Below are positions 1 to 15,882 of a stretch of 64,000 nt of DNA, one piece after another. This DNA comes from the human T2T-CHM13v2.0 reference genome, Homo sapiens, in the NCBI RefSeq assembly GCF_009914755.1, contig NC_060940.1; one strand, given 5' to 3'. The notes beneath the pieces were generated by a model. It saw nothing but the letters and a program-made list of their open reading frames with translations, had not been told where the DNA came from and searched no databases. A program made the position numbers and the translations under genes. Numbering within the stretch: the stretch's first letter is position 1; each line of letters begins with the position of its first letter.

Positions 1-3000
1 TAAATAAGGATGGCAGACAATTCAGCATCCATGGAGACAGCCACAGTTCACTTCTATTCTTTTTCAAATGTAAGTTTGTATTAGGTTATTTAATGGACCA
101 CAATATATTCAGTAGGTACAGAATTCATACCCCCAAATGGCTGGTGTTTAATTGCATCCCTCCAGTCTGTTTTAACTAAGACATTTCCTCCTGTGCATAT
201 AATCTTCATTATCATAGAAGTTATTTTTAATTTATAATTAACATAGTCTCCTTCTCATTATGTATGCCTTGATCGACTTGGACCCTCCGGACACATCTTG
301 TCTGGCACGGTGCTGGTTGTGTCCTGCAGTTCTCTCAATGTGCAGTAGGTGTCTATCTTAGCCTTCCCTTCATCCTTCCTTCTCTTCTCCTCCCTGACAC
401 CGTGATATAGTGCATAATTCCAAAATGGCAGCTTTTTGAAAATTCACCTTGATTATCAGACATTAAAAGTGACTCATCCCGCAGTGACTGTCTGGCAGAA
501 GGGATGGGATCAGACAGCAAGACAATGAGGGGACTGGGCGCATTAGCGCACTAGATTACAGAGCCCATCAAAAATACCTTTGTTCTGTCAAAGATCCAAT
601 CATTTACTAGTTGTGTTCTGCAGAGGAGAAAGAATGAGAGGGAAAAATACACCAAACAAATAAACAAAAAAATACATTTATGAATTTAAAACCTCCTTAG
701 TTCTCTTTATTCTAAGAGTAAAGGAAAGTATCTAATTAACCTTCTCAGGAGAAGAAAAGATGGGGATTGTGCTTGTGAGACAAAAATCTATAGAACCTTT
801 TCTTTTTCACTAGCTATCAAAATTTCTACATTAGCTTCTGTCCTTTGGGTCTTGGTAAGAGGGAAATTGTCAAGTTTTCAGGGTTTGGTCTTGATTACAC
901 TGCACTCAGCCTGATTTATGGCAGAATATTTAGAAGACAAACTGTTTCCGAACTAGAACGTTCATTTTCATTAAAAGCAATGCTTTTGATTTCTATCTTG
1001 TCACAATATAATGCTAACCAAGAAATGCGTGATGGATGAAAGGGGAAAATATGTGTAAGGGCTATTATTGAGAAATACTTTATAAGCATCTAAACTGGCC
1101 CATATAAAAAGGCAGTAAGAATCTTTGAAAAGAGAGAGCACATGAATTCTTGCATCAAGCATGTGTGTGTTTGTGTGCAAAGGGGAGGAGGGAACTGGAA
1201 AAGAAGGGAGGAGAGCGACGAAGGCATTCATATTGAGCCCTGGGTGGGTATAACAGGGTGAGATGTGTTGTATCGTCAGCATGACTGCAAGCCTGGTGAG
1301 CTTGTGATTCTCCAAGGAGACAAAATATCCAAATGGGAGGTTGGTGCCTGACTTTTGTCTTTTTATCATTTTCATCATTTGCCTATGAACTCAGAGGAGC
1401 ATTTTATCAGTCATGGAAAATGCCCCCAAGGGGCCCAGATCAAAGGCAGGCTTTGAATTGTGTACTTAGGTGGATCTTCCTGCCAAAGACATTAATGCGA
1501 TTAAAACACAAATTCCATAAACAATTATTTTCCATCTGTTTAGCAATAATAATAGTGATGTTATGTGCTGTCAATGGTGTCCTTCCTTACAATGAGGCAC
1601 CAAGTGAATGCAAATACCCTTCTGCACGTGGATGCTGCAGCACTTTGGGATGATTTGGGAGGTTTCATCTGCCAGCAGGACAGGAGAGTGGCCACTGTCA
1701 CCATGCAGGGATCTCTGGAAAAGAATGGCTGTATTTTAACTGTCATTTGCAAATAGATTCATTAAAACAACTCATTGCATTCCACCAATTGTGCAGTGTA
1801 CTTGTATACTGGTGTAAATTGGAGATTTGTCATTTCTTGCCTCTGCCTCCATGTTTATTTCTACTGTCAGGTACAGAAAATGTACCCCTCTTTTTGCCCC
1901 TCTTAATTATCCCCAGTATCAATAACTCTGTTCCTTTATTGATGGAGGAAGGGAGATTCAGCAGGACTGCCAGTCCAAGTGGCTCAGTCACAGTTACACA
2001 TTCAGAGACCTACTCATGTTTGTTTGGATTCACAACACATACTCTGAGTAGGGAGAAAGAGAATCTATAAGCTTTAAAGATCTCTGCCTAAACCAGACCA
2101 AGAGATTAAAGGGGAGGGCAAAGGGGAGGGTCCAGACTGATTTCCGCACACCAGCACTCGTAACACAGGGATAGATTCCTGAAAGAGGGACTGACCTGCA
2201 CGAGAGTTTTCATCAGTGGAATTTTAATGAGCCCTAAAGGTTAGCCTTCGACTTCGTTAACAAACAGCTCTAGAGATAATTTCCAATTTTCAGTGTTTAT
2301 AGAATAGTGGTTCCTTGGTCATAATGAAATTCTGAGACTGTCTAGAGCCTATTCTGCATGTCCAGCTGAGGCTGAAACACAAACCCTCAAAAACAATTAA
2401 ACGTGTGCTCAAAATCAGATGCAGAAGAAATAAAAAGAGGAAGGCATTTTGCAAATTAAAGTGATCACATTAACCTCCTTTGATGAAATCGGTTCAGTCA
2501 AATGAAAAATACTTATTAAAAAAACAAACCCTGCACAGATATTTTAGCTATTGAGGGTAATGATTATTCTAATATTGAAATGGACACAGACAAGAAAAAA
2601 AAGAGAGATAATAAACAAAAGAGGAAAGCTTCATTCCCAGTAGCTAGAGACCAGAGTCCCTGTTATGTGTAAGTGGGTTGTAAATGTGTAGAAAAGAATA
2701 TAGATGCAAATATTGCCAAAATTGACACTAAAGGATAAAGGATAGGTCAGTTTGTTGAAAATACGTCCCCTCTCCTTCTTCTCCCCTCTCCCTGCTTTCT
2801 CAGGTTCTACTGGGTCCTTGAAGAATTGCCATAATTGCACCAGAAAGGAAACAAGTATGACTGAGATTCCAGCCACATAAAACAAGAGCAATGGGTGGTT
2901 AAGACAAAGGGCCACATCTAAAGATTTCTTTTCCTCCAAAACTGGGTGGAAAATCCTTTCACTTTCTCCAAAAGGATGACCAAATCTCCTACTGGTATGG

Positions 3001-3530
3001 GGACCAACAGAAGATGCTTGAGCTGTAAATGCTGGGAGAAATATTCTTTAGTTTATTAAAGTTAGGCTAAATTTTATTTCTTCCAGTGCAACAAATCCCT
3101 TTCACTCCCCAGGCTAGCCACTTCCCTTCTTGATTCACAGAAGAATGGAAGGGGTTAAAAAACAAAACAAAAACCAGAGCTGGCCTGAAACTCTGCCACT
3201 CCAAGGGTGCAAGAGGTTAGGGAGCAAAGGGCCCCGCTGCGTGATGCTCTGGTCAGTTTTGGGCACGCAAGAGAGCATGGGGGGCATGAGAGTCGGGCAA
3301 CTGACTTGGGTTCCAGTTCCAGTTTTGCATTTACTCCTTACTCCCCGTGTAATCCTGGTGGGGGCAGTCAATTCCTCAGAGTTGCAGTTTTCTCCTAGGG
3401 CTAAAGGGATTAATGAGTTCAGGTAATGTTAGCACTGGGGGGGATCTCAGGGATTATTTAATCAATTCTCCTCATTTTATAGACAGAAAACTAAATAACA
3501 ATAACAGCAGTTATAATAATAAAAACAATT

Positions 3531-3762
3531 ATAACTAATATTTTTGAGCATTTAACATGTGCTAGGCACTATTCTAAGCACTTTACAAGTATTCTATTAT
3601 CTCAACTACCCTGGTTGGTAGATAGTACTGCTACTTCCATTTTACAGGTGGGGGAACTGAGATGCCGTGAGGTTCAATATCCAAGGTGGTACAGCTGGTA
3701 AATGGTAAAGCTGGGCTTCAAACCCAGATGGCCTGGCTACAGAGCCCATGCTCTTAAACGCT
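3531..3762 (-). mobile_element. MIR SINE
   Basis: Core ccattttacaggtggggaactgagatgc...ggcttcaaacccag. Confidence 0.8.
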
Positions 3763-4729
3763 GTAGTTTAGTAAACCATGAATTCCCCATGGTTTGCACA
3801 GGGGTTGCACTCTTTTCAGAAAAGGGTGCACTGCCTGAATTCGTGCTGCATATGGTCCTGAAAACACAGACCCTACAGAGACATGTTTTCAGAATCATGG
3901 CAATGGCTGACGATGGCTAATCTGTTCCCTCCAGGTTCCCCGAGTTCATGGCTTCTCTCCAGCCAAATTTTCTCCCAGCCTGCTGTCACAGGTGTAGTGC
4001 AGTGCTCCCAGGATGCCCCGGTCTGTACGGTGCCCTTCCCAAGTCACACTGCCACTGCTCTTTAACTCTCTGCTGATGGCTTCTCCCTCTCTCTCTCCTT
4101 CACTCTCTCTCTCCAACCATTTCCTTGAACTTCACTTGAGCTGATATTACACTTGTATTTGAACACCCAGCATGACACTCTCTATTTCTTTGCTCCAGCA
4201 CCAGTGCTTGACCATCTTTTGTTAGCCATTATGGATCAAAACTGCTTCTCGGGGCAAAAATAAATGGCAGAAAGAGAGATCATGGCAGAATAAACACCAC
4301 CACTGCAAAAGACAGTCTACTCTGGATAGTGTGGGAGCATACTCATTGGGTAAGAGTGGTTGCAGAATGGTGCATTATGTGCACTGGGGAGGGAGGAGAT
4401 TACAGTTTGCCAGATTCACTCTCATCGGCTAATAGCACCCAGTGCCTAAGAAAAGTACATTAACAGTATATGGTAACAGACAGTTGCTGAAAGGACAATA
4501 GCATTAATATTAAATTACTGTTGCATAGAGAAGTGATAAATAGGTGATGTGTGTTCTAAGCTCAAAGAGGCCTGGTGACTTGCCTCAAGTTGACAAGTGG
4601 TAGTAGGTGGCAGAATCCTACTACAGCCTAGGTCCTCTATTTCTCAGGACACTGGTTTGCTGTTGGATAACATCAGACTCCTCAGGCTACTGTGAGGAAC
4701 AGCTGAAATGAAAGCGCCATATGACAAAT

Positions 4730-5140
4730 TCCAGACACCTGGACAAGGCACATAGGTCCTTTGTGATCTGGCCTCACCTGCCATTTCAGTCACGTATTTC
4801 GTGCCTTAATGTCCTCACACCTGCTGTCCCTTCTGCTTGAGGTGACAACTTCCCCAGTCCCCTCTCATCACTCCTCTTTCTCCAGCTGTAAACACCTGTT
4901 CATCTTTCAAGATCTGGCCACAAGGTTACTTTCTCTGTGAGGCTTCCTGTCTTCTCAGTATTTCCTGTAGTACACATGGTTAGAACGCTCGCTGTATAGG
5001 ATAATGATTGACTGGTTATTATTCTCTCTCCCCTTCTTAACGAGGAAGCTTATTGAGGGCAGAGACTATATTTATTTCTCTTTTTATCTTCAGTGCCTAG
5101 CAAAGGGCATGGACCATCTTATTTACTCTAAATATACAAG
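4730..5140 (+). mobile_element. L2 LINE 3' fragment
   Basis: aagcttattgagggcagagacta...cagtgcctagca typical of the L2 3' end. Confidence 0.6.
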
Positions 5141-7935
5141 GAAGGAAGAAAGAGAGGGAGAGAGGGAAGGAATATCCTCCTGAAACTATAAAGCAGTATA
5201 GAAATAAAAAGTTTTACTAACAAGAGAAAGATGCCCACTGTTTGATACCCTCCTACTGTTCAGGAATGAGCTTACTGTTTTCACAAGCAAAATGCTCTGA
5301 CACAAAATGGGGCAGGCGACGATGAAAGCAGGAAGCTGACTTCTTACTCCCCATTTACCTGTCCGATGAAGAGGTACACAATTTCCCCAGGATAGAAGGA
5401 ATGCCCTTCATTAATGCCATTTGCTAGCAGTAATTTAGTTAACTGAATAATCACACAAGGTAAAGAACACAGAGACTTAAGGATCTCTGTCTAATGCATG
5501 ATACTAAGATATTTTATAAGGTGGCATGTAGTTAAGTGTGCTTAAATGCAATCACAGAGCATTTTCTTTGGTCATTTTCATCTGGAGGTTTTAGAAAAAC
5601 CAGGAGAGAAAAGCAGCATCCTCAGGGATTTTTCCTTAGAGTACAATTTTTACAAAAAGCTGAGTGTACAACTTGCAAAATAATAAGCTTCAGTGATAAC
5701 ACAAGCTTCAGCTACAATTATCACAAAGAGCAAGTCTGCTGCCCAAGCTTCTAACTTATCCTTGTGACTACAGAACATCCCAAAATGTCACATTCAAGTT
5801 GAAGTGACTGCAGCCAATTAGGTAATTTCCACCAAATTGGGTCCATTAATACTTGGACATTATCTTGAGGGTGAAATAGGATTCAGTGACAAGGTGCAAT
5901 GTGGCTTGTGAAATATTAGTTTTGGACAATCACAAATCAGGATCCAAGGGTATGTTAAATTATTCGGCATTCTTGACCTCATTATTAAGTGACTTCATAT
6001 GGGTTTTTGCTCATATTCATATAATCTTGGGATACAAAGAGCTTAATTTTTGTTTCCTTTCCCCAGCCATTTCCCTTTTTATGTATCAGAGATTTTATGT
6101 ATATCTCTTTATTTTTATCCTGTTTAATTTTAGAATTTAAAGGGCAATGGCTATGTTTTTGTTTGGGGAACACACAAGGAGGACACTTACTCATATGATG
6201 ACACATATCAGAAACATGAATATTAGTTAGAAATTTGGTTTGCAGATTTTTCTTTGCTAACACACTACTTCAGGTAACAGAACAATTTTTCCAACCAAAC
6301 ATCTGCCTCGGTCTGCCAAGTATCGAACAGAAAGCTGTGATTTGTAACACATGGTCTTATAAATGAGTCAGAACTTCAAGGCCAAGTCGGCTTCTGGAAG
6401 TGTTCTAAAGTGATAGCAACAATATTATTTTCCAAAATAATGGGAGAAAGCCATAAAAACACTCCAGGAAGATCGTGTACCAAAGATGTTTGTTGATTTT
6501 GTTTTGTTCCAAAGTTGTTTGGAACAATGATTAGTTGGCGCTGACAGGATTTCTATAACTAGGAAGTGTGTCGGACACTTAAAACTTTAAATCAGTGTTC
6601 CAGTAAGTTCTAAAGAACTTTAACCAATTGAACAATTATCCTAAGAATATGACTACCAGCTGTCGCTTAAACTTACAAGTTAAAACACTTTATATCATTG
6701 GGGCAAAGCAATGATATGGACCTGGGATAGGAAAATTACCAGAGAATGTGACTGAATCAGTGAATATCTGCCAAAAAAAAATCTCTTTGAGATGAACAAA
6801 AGAAATTAGGTAGTATTAGGCTACTCATAGGACAACTGGCCAGAGCACAGTTTCTTCTTTGAGATTTGTGTGTTTTATAATTTTGTTAATGATTCAGACC
6901 AAAACAAATACTTTGAAAGTAGAAACACATAATTCCATTTCAGCATATCCCAACCAGATGGGATCAGAACAGGTGTGATCATTTTAGAGTGTTCTTCTCC
7001 ATAAATCAACTTCTGGTTCATTCCAGAGTGGGGCTGTCAGCTTTTAGGCGCCCAATGAAGTTGAGAATTTTCAGCAAACTAAACACAGCCATTAAAATAA
7101 TGTTTGAATTAGTTTTAATCACAGTGACCTAGATTCTCATGCTCCCCAGGACCTCACTGTATCTCTTCCATGTGTGAGATCCATGGGAGGGCTGCACATG
7201 GGGAAGACTCACCGAGTGCAGAGCAGGAAGAATTTAGGTCAATTACCTTTTGAAGTGTGATCCCTTTAAACAGCTACTCAAGGTAGTATCTTGCTAACAG
7301 AGCTGTATATAATAAAAGTGACCTGTGCTGTTTCTTTAAATACTGCTTTTTGGTTGTAAGCGATCAAAGTATTAAATTTGTGTAAGAAAAAAAAAAAGAT
7401 CAAGAGAAGTTTCATCGATGTTCTTTCTGGAATCTATTAAGAAGGATTAGATATGTGGTTTACCTCTCTTAAAGTCTGGGCTTGAAAGTAGGTGCCTCCA
7501 TTTCAGTGTCTTCCAGCTGAGCTTTTGTTTTCTCTGCCTGTAACTTGAGTAGAGAAGAAGTTGAGATGTCACCTCAGGACTTTTGATAATATATTAAAAA
7601 ATAAAAAATCGTGAAGCAGGCGAATGTATGGGGAGGAGTATTTACTATGGATCCATTCCCCAAAGTTTGAAAAAAAAAAAAAGTATTGTATGTGTGAATG
7701 TGTGTTTCCTTTCATTAGCTCTCCAGGAAACAAGAATTTTTTTCTCAAATTGTAAAGAAAAATTTGTTAGTTTTTTTTAACCTTTAAAAAGTAGATACCA
7801 TTTTGATATGTTTATTCTTTCATTCAATAATTATTTACTGGCACCTACTGTATGTCAGGCACTTTACACGTTCTTGGGAAGATAACAGTGACCTTGATCT
7901 GATGTCTGAGTTCGGGGGAAAGAAATCATGCATCA

Positions 7936-8254
<319 letters not shown>

Positions 8255-9330
8255 TCATGCATCAATCAATAGTTGTTGGAATCTTAGAAAGGAATGCTTA
8301 GAAAAATGGAGTAAATGGACATATTTAAAATATGAACACCATTTTATTTTTAACATTTCAAAAATGCAGGATAATTTAAAAACCAACATCTTTGCCAATT
8401 CTACTCCTAAGCAAAAATCACTATGAGCAATTTGCTGTATGTCCTTTTGGATTTCTGTCTGTTTACAAACACATATACAAAACAATTTCTTAAGAACATG
8501 TGAGCAGAGTTAATCCTGATTTGTAACTTTTTCTTCTATTTCAGGGTGTTTCATGAGCATCTCTTCCAGTCAGTAAGTGTGCTGATTTACCCCATTCTTC
8601 CCAATGACTATGGAGTAATCCATCTATGGCTCCCCAATATTATCATGGATGGCAATATGGAATGGCAGGACAGTATTAACCAAAGGCAGAAGATAATTCT
8701 GCATTTCAGTTGTTGGTTTATAAATATTGTCCTATCCTGTCATAGAGAAGGCTACCAATCTTTCCTGACAAGTCATTGAACAAACAGTTTCATGATTTTT
8801 TTAAATGTATTTTTTAGCATGAATCAAAAAGTGTCTTTTAATTAGTAAAATACTTTCATTGCTTTTAGTTTTATGGTAGGGATTCAGAAAAAGCAAACAG
8901 ACTCAAAGCAACATAATGAATATAGGGGAAACCTGTAGATTTTCAAAGAAAATGATATAAAAATTATAAACATTACTGAGAAAGTTGATTGCATGGTTAC
9001 AAAGTAATACACATTTGCTGTAAAAAATGAAAAATATGCAGACATGTAAATAGAGTATCAGTGTACAAATGGGTGGGTGGATTTTGGAAACATTTTTTAA
9101 AAAGAAAATAAAAATACCCTGAATCCTATGATTCAGAAATAACAACTTCCTCAACAACTTTTCTTCTAGTATATATGTGCACACACGTACACGTTGAAAA
9201 AAGCCTGAAAGGAGATAGGTAGCTTGCACATTGATGTATGTCTGTATTGAACACTTTATTGGGTTTCCTTTATTATACAGTTTTCCTTTATTATACAGTG
9301 AGTCAACCAAAAACACACATTTTTTAATAA

Positions 9331-9694
<364 letters not shown>

Positions 9695-10409
9695 AAGAGC
9701 CTCTTTTCTATCATTGCCTTTCTTCCAACAGGCTTATGGGTTATTAGAAAGTTTAAGATGGCTTTCAAAGATGAATTAGTTCCACATTGAATTTCAACAA
9801 ATATCCAACAGTGAAAGCAAAGCACAAAATCCAGTAAGCCTGATGACTGTTATGAAATTCTGAACTGTAACCATCTAGAAATATAATCCAAGCTCAGAGT
9901 TATTTTGCATCCTCCAAGACTGCAAATGCCACGTACAGCATGGATCTTGTCTTTAGGCCTAGGAGGCTTTAAGAAGACAGGGGAGGAATGAGCTCCTTGC
10001 CTTCCCCTGCAGCTCCAGTGTCCATGCTGGCCAGCACCAGGGCTTCACTCACCCTGCTTGTGGGATGGCTAGAAGAGCTGACAGTCCCCTTGCTAGGTAA
10101 CTAGAAGCATGTCACATCTAGCCTTTGTATACACAGGACCCCTGGTCATCTTCTCACAGCCCCAAACACAACAGAGACCCTCACGGATATGAGACAAATA
10201 ATATCCTGCATACTCTGATCCTTAACCATGACCCTCAATAACATAAACACCAGCCAGGTAGTTGAGGGGAGGGTTTCTTCCCATTGTTTGGTGAAAGGAG
10301 AAAGTCAGAGAGCAGAAGGAGAGATTCAGATTAATAATGTTTAAAATGAAAATCTCTAGAAGCTCATTACTGGGGCCATTGAGGAAAGAGCACAGCTTTG
10401 GAATCAATT

Positions 10410-10930
10410 GAGTCTTTCACTTATTCAGTCAACACTTAATGACCCCATACTATGTGCTAGGCACAGTTCTAGTAGCTAAGGAACATCAAGAACAAAACAG
10501 ACAAAAATCGATGTCTTGGTGGAGCATACATTCTAGCAAGAGGAGCAGACAATAAAAATAGCATTAGAGGGTGATAAATGCTACAGGAAAAGAAAACAGA
10601 TTGGGGTAAGAATGATTGGGAGTGGGGAGTGGGTTGTAGGTTGTGGTTTTAAATAGGATGATCAGAAGTCTCACTAAGAAGGTGACATTGGAGCAAAGAC
10701 CTGAGAAGGTGAGGGAATACATCATTTAGACATGTGGGGAAGGGGTTTCAGGCTGAAGGAACAGCCAGTGCAAAGGCCCTGAGGTGGGAGTAGGCTTGCA
10801 GGGTTGGAGGATAGTGAAGAAGAGATAATAGGAATTGAGATCCAAGACATAAGGTGTATGGAGTGGGCGTGCACGCAAGACCTTAAAAATTACAAGGACC
10901 TTAAACATTATACGGACCTTAGCTTTCCAC
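10410..10930 (-). mobile_element. L2 LINE fragment
   Basis: cattcagtcaacac...tactatgtgctaggcac...cagccagtgcaaaggccctgagg. Confidence 0.75.
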
Positions 10931-12899
10931 TTAGGTTTGAATCCTTGTACCATCATTTGACAATAGTCACAGGTTGAGTGACTTTCTGAATTCCTATTTT
11001 GTTGTCTGTAATACGGTAATCTCATTAACTGGGCACAATTATTTTGAGGATTAAAATGGGATCATGTCTGTAAAATACCAAGTACAATGTCTGACATGTG
11101 GTATGTTTGCAACAAATGTTGTTTCCCATATTCCTCTAGGTCCAGTTGTGTGCATTTTATACCTATTTTATAAATGCATACATAAACATAGAAAGGTAAT
11201 GTGACTGACCAGTAGCTACCCAGAGGTAGGAATCCAAGTAGCTTTTAACTCTGTAAATAAATAACAATTTTTTTCCCAAAACAATAAATGCTGAAGTATC
11301 ATCAATAAAACTAATAATTGTGGAAGGTGGATTGTTAGGGATTCAAGTTGACTAAGGAATGAAATCTTGGATATAGCGACCATTAGTGAGGACTGATATA
11401 TTAGTAGAAATGTACAGGCAAATCTCATTATTTCCCATTTCCATTGAGTGTCTATTTCAAGGTTAGAAAAAAAAATGTTATCTATCCTTCTGGGGCACAT
11501 CTGAACATTCAAACAATACCAGATAGAATGGTCAGCTTGCAAACTTTTGAAAACACCATTGCCTGCAGGGTTGAAAAGGCCTCTGTTAGATATCAATCTG
11601 CTCTGCGTTAACTTTTTTTATATGATGGCAGCAGTTTTTCTCTTATGTGGTGGTATCATTAGAGTTTCACTTAAGTTCACAAAAATCATTTTCTGGCTAA
11701 GTTTCCACTCAAACCCAGTTGCTATAGAAGTTGGACATCAGTGGGGGAGGCAATTAGTTAGCTAGTTATTATGACTTACTTAGTACATTTTTAGCAGAAG
11801 GAAAAATGACAAAAACCTAAAATAATTCTATACAAATACATGAGTGACTCTTTTTACCCAGAGCTCATTAGTACAGTGGACAGTATTTCAAAGAAGCCAC
11901 CAATACCTATAACACCCTCTCCTGTTGTATGATTATGCAGTTGTCATCAGCTGATAGGGCCAACAGGAACCATTTTAACAAAAATTATTCGGTACTTACT
12001 GTTGGAGGGCTTGAAACTACGGGAAGAACCGAAGATGGATTCTTCTCCGTAGGTAAATAGCAACAGTACATAAGTTCTTGCCAAGACAATTAGTTATACC
12101 ACCTTCGGATATTCTGGTGGTCAAATGCCCTTTTAGAAGCTTTAAAAAATATTTGCCAGGGAATTTCTCCAGGGGAACACCTGTCTCGACTATCTTACAA
12201 AATATTCTCTGCTCTTAAGCACTAATGAATTATTTGGCCTCTAACTCTAGTCTGGAGTTTACCAAAAATCTGCACTACCTCTGTTTAATTGGATAAGGGG
12301 TTTTCCTGACAAATGTGTCTTAAGATTTTTATACCCTTTATTAAATGCCCAATAAACATTCATTGAAAGAATAGAAAAAAAGTCTCGCTTCCATTTCTTT
12401 CTACTTGCCCTGTTACAAATCAAAAATTGGCCACACACACACATAGATTTACTTATTATATGTATATACTAAATTATATGTGTAAATGTAGAAGTATATA
12501 CCAATTATATGTGTATACCAAAGTATACATAGATATATGATGAAGTGTGACTATGTTTTTTTTTAACATACCAGAATTTTTAGCTCCAAATGAGAGTTGC
12601 CCTTTCTGAAGTCATGAGATGACCCATTTATTTCACGGATACAAGTGAAAATTTTGGGAACTCTTCTCTGGACAGTTCTCTCATCACCTCTTGCCTTTAT
12701 TGTGAATATTATCATTGGTGGCAAATATTTACCACTTCAAAGTAGATTTCTAAAAATAGCTAAATGTCATTTGGGATCAAACTTCTAAAATAAGTAAGTC
12801 AACAAGCTGGATAATATTATTTGTTACTTAAAAATATTGGCTAGGACCATAAACTAATGAGTTAATACTATTTACAAGTATTGTTTACAACCTGCTTTA

Positions 12900-13920
12900 A
12901 AAAATAAAACAGCTTTATTGAAAATTAATTCACATACCATCTAATCCACCCATTTAAAGTGTACAATTCAATGGTTTTTAGTATAGGCACAGATATGCGC
13001 AACCATTACTACAGGCAACTTAAAAATATTTTCATCACCATAGAAAGAAACCCTACATCCTTTAGCCATTATGTCCCTACTTTTCACAACCTCCTCTTTC
13101 CTCAACCCCGCCCTAAGCAACCACTAATCTACTTTCTATAGATTTGCCTATTCTAGACATTTCATATAAACAGAACTATATAATAGGTGGTACTTTGTGA
13201 CTGACTTCTTAGCAGAATGGTTTCAAGGTACATTAATTTTGTAGCATGTAGCAATCCTTTTAAAATCATTTCATTGTATGTATGTACCACATTTTGTTCA
13301 TCCATTCATCTGTTGAAGGGCATACGGGTTGCTCCAAATGTCTTTTGGTTATTGTGAATAGTTCTGATATGAACATTCATTTACAAGTCCTTGTTTGAGC
13401 ACCTGTTTTCAATACTTTTGTGCATATACCTAACAGTGGAATTGCTGCGGCATATGGGGATTCTATATTTACCTTTTTAAAGAACCACCAAACTGTTTTT
13501 CACAGCAGCTATACCATTTTACATTACACCAGCAATGTATGAGGGTTCTAATTTCTCCATATCTTCACAAACACCTATTATTTTTCATTTAAAAAATGTG
13601 GCCATCCTACTGGATGTAAAGTGGTATTTCATGGTTTTGACTTGCATTTCCCTAATGATTAATGATGTTAAGCATGTTTTCATGTGCTCGTTGGCCATTT
13701 GTATATCCTTTTTGTTATTAAAAGATTTCATAAAATTTTAATTGAGAAGGAGTTTTGCCATGTTGCCCAGGCTGGTCTCAAACTCCTAGGCTCAAGTAAT
13801 CCACCCACCTTGGCCTCCTAAAGTGCTGTGATTACAGGCAAGAGCCACAGCGCCCAGCCCCATTTGTAGATTGTCTTTGGAAAAAATGTCTGTTCAAGTC
13901 CTTTGCCTACTTTTAGATTT
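12900..13920 (-). mobile_element. Old L1 (L1MB-like) 3' region interrupted by an Alu monomer at about 13735-13860
   Basis: ctttattg...cacataccat...catttaaagtgtacaattca and ttgcatttccctaatga motifs, with an internal FLAM-like segment. Confidence 0.85.
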
Positions 13921-15843
13921 TTAATGGGCACTTCCAGAAGAGGAGACCCAAATGTTTTCAACAGGAGCAGCCATATTGGAACAAATGCCTAGCCTCCTGG
14001 CATCACTAGGTATTAAAGTGTAATACTTCTTTGACCATAAGAGTAAAGAACAAGCAATCACATTAGTTTAAGGTGATTATTTGTCCTGCACTAAGTAATA
14101 CCACATCCATGGGTTTTTACAACAAATATCTACTCGGGTACTGCAAACTCATAGGCCATATGTGTTTTGTATACCATAAGACTTACTAAATAACTTTAGA
14201 GGATACAGAATTTCCTTGAAGAAGGGATTTAGAGGCAGTGATCCAGTTGGCAGGAGGAACACCCTGAAGCTGTGCTTGCATAGCAATTATGTATGACTGA
14301 GAACACATGATTCATGTACAACAAAGAATAGCAGAAAGTTGATGGAGGTCATGGAGACCTAAAGCCTCCCCTTTTCCCAGCCCCTGGTTTGATAATTCCA
14401 CTGCATCTACAACCCACTGAGAATCTGAGAAGATACAATCAGAGAAGGAAGAATGCATTCTCTGATCTGCCAATGCCTAGTCATATATAGGTCAAATATA
14501 GGTTCTTGACTCCTGCCTGCCTCTGCTTCAAGCTTGGATATGTACAAGCAAGTTGATTTATGGATATGTGAAAAGATGCATGGATTAGTGGTGGGACAGG
14601 TCAACAGGCAGGGAGGTGGATGGTAGACAGTGGCATCAGGTGGACATCTTGATGGAAGGGAATGGGCTGATGATAGGTAAAAGTACGGATGGGTAGCAGA
14701 CAGGGCTTCTACTTAGTGCAGCAACCCAGGCTGCTAGCAAATAGTAATCCAGTATAACTCTTAATATTCAGAGAGATTAGTCAGCTGAGTCCAAAACCAG
14801 ATTCTGGTGGAGTCCTTTTAAAACATTCCATTTCATCTACTCTGGCACCTCTAAAAGTTAAGAATTGCCTCACTGGGTCCAAGTGGCTCTGACTAATTTT
14901 TCCCATCTGGCTCTCTCCGGATCTTTGGTATGGATCAACAGCTCATGAGAAAAAAATGAGCAAGGGGATTGCATGCCTTACTGGTAATCAATTACCCAAA
15001 GGCTTTAAATTAGGGATACAAAATGGTGGCAGCTTTTCCCAGGGCTACCCAATGAAGCAATGACAATCTGTGAGAACAGAATGAAAACACAAACTGAAAG
15101 AAGAGGGAGTTTGTGAACAGGCTTGGGGATTTTCCCACCCCTCTCTAGGGTCTGCTGTTAGAAAACAAAATCATAATTACGCAATAAAATTCCTTCCATG
15201 CCTTTCTCTTGCTCAGAATTAAAAACCATCTACTGAAGACTTTCTCACTTCAAAACCCAGTCAGGTGCTTTCTACTATCAAGGAAGATGCCTGAAGAATA
15301 AATTGCTCTTATCAGAAATAAAGCATTTTAGTTCTGCCACAGCAGTGAGATCTGTGTTTGTAAGTCTCTCCAAAGGCAACTCCATTTTTGCTGCTCTCCT
15401 CTCATTTTCTTTTGATGCATAAAACCTGTAGACTGGAGCACTATGATTGCATTCTGCTACGGAGCAGTGTAATTGTAAATATTCATTGGAATTCAAGCTA
15501 GCTTTCCCAGGTCTCTCCTAGGGCTGTGCAGCTATGCAAACAGCAGTGGTGCCGCATTAGCTCACAGCCCGGAGGCCGCCTATTTCCCCACAGCCCCTAG
15601 GACCCTTTCTGTAGAGGGAGCACATGCAGAGAAACTGGCCCTTAAACACCATTTCAATCTACCATTTCACTTGTTTTTCCTTTTCTCCCCATGACTGCTG
15701 ATCCTCAGTAATTCTGTCTGTCAGTCCCAAATATGCATTAGAAAGAGAATCGTGTCCTTGACGAAAAGCCTATAGTCTGAATGCTCTTGCTGTGTATGTG
15801 CTCAATCTATTTAGGAGATTAAACAGATTCCAGCCATTCCATG

Positions 15844-15844
<1 letters not shown>

Positions 15845-15878
<34 letters not shown>
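15845..15878. repeat. (CA)n microsatellite
   Basis: About 17 CA units. Confidence 0.95.

Positions 15879-15882
<4 letters not shown>

Noticed and set aside
1001-2070. Cluster of ORFs of 100 aa or more
   Set aside because: No family resemblance, many non-ATG starts and no exon structure; consistent with chance.
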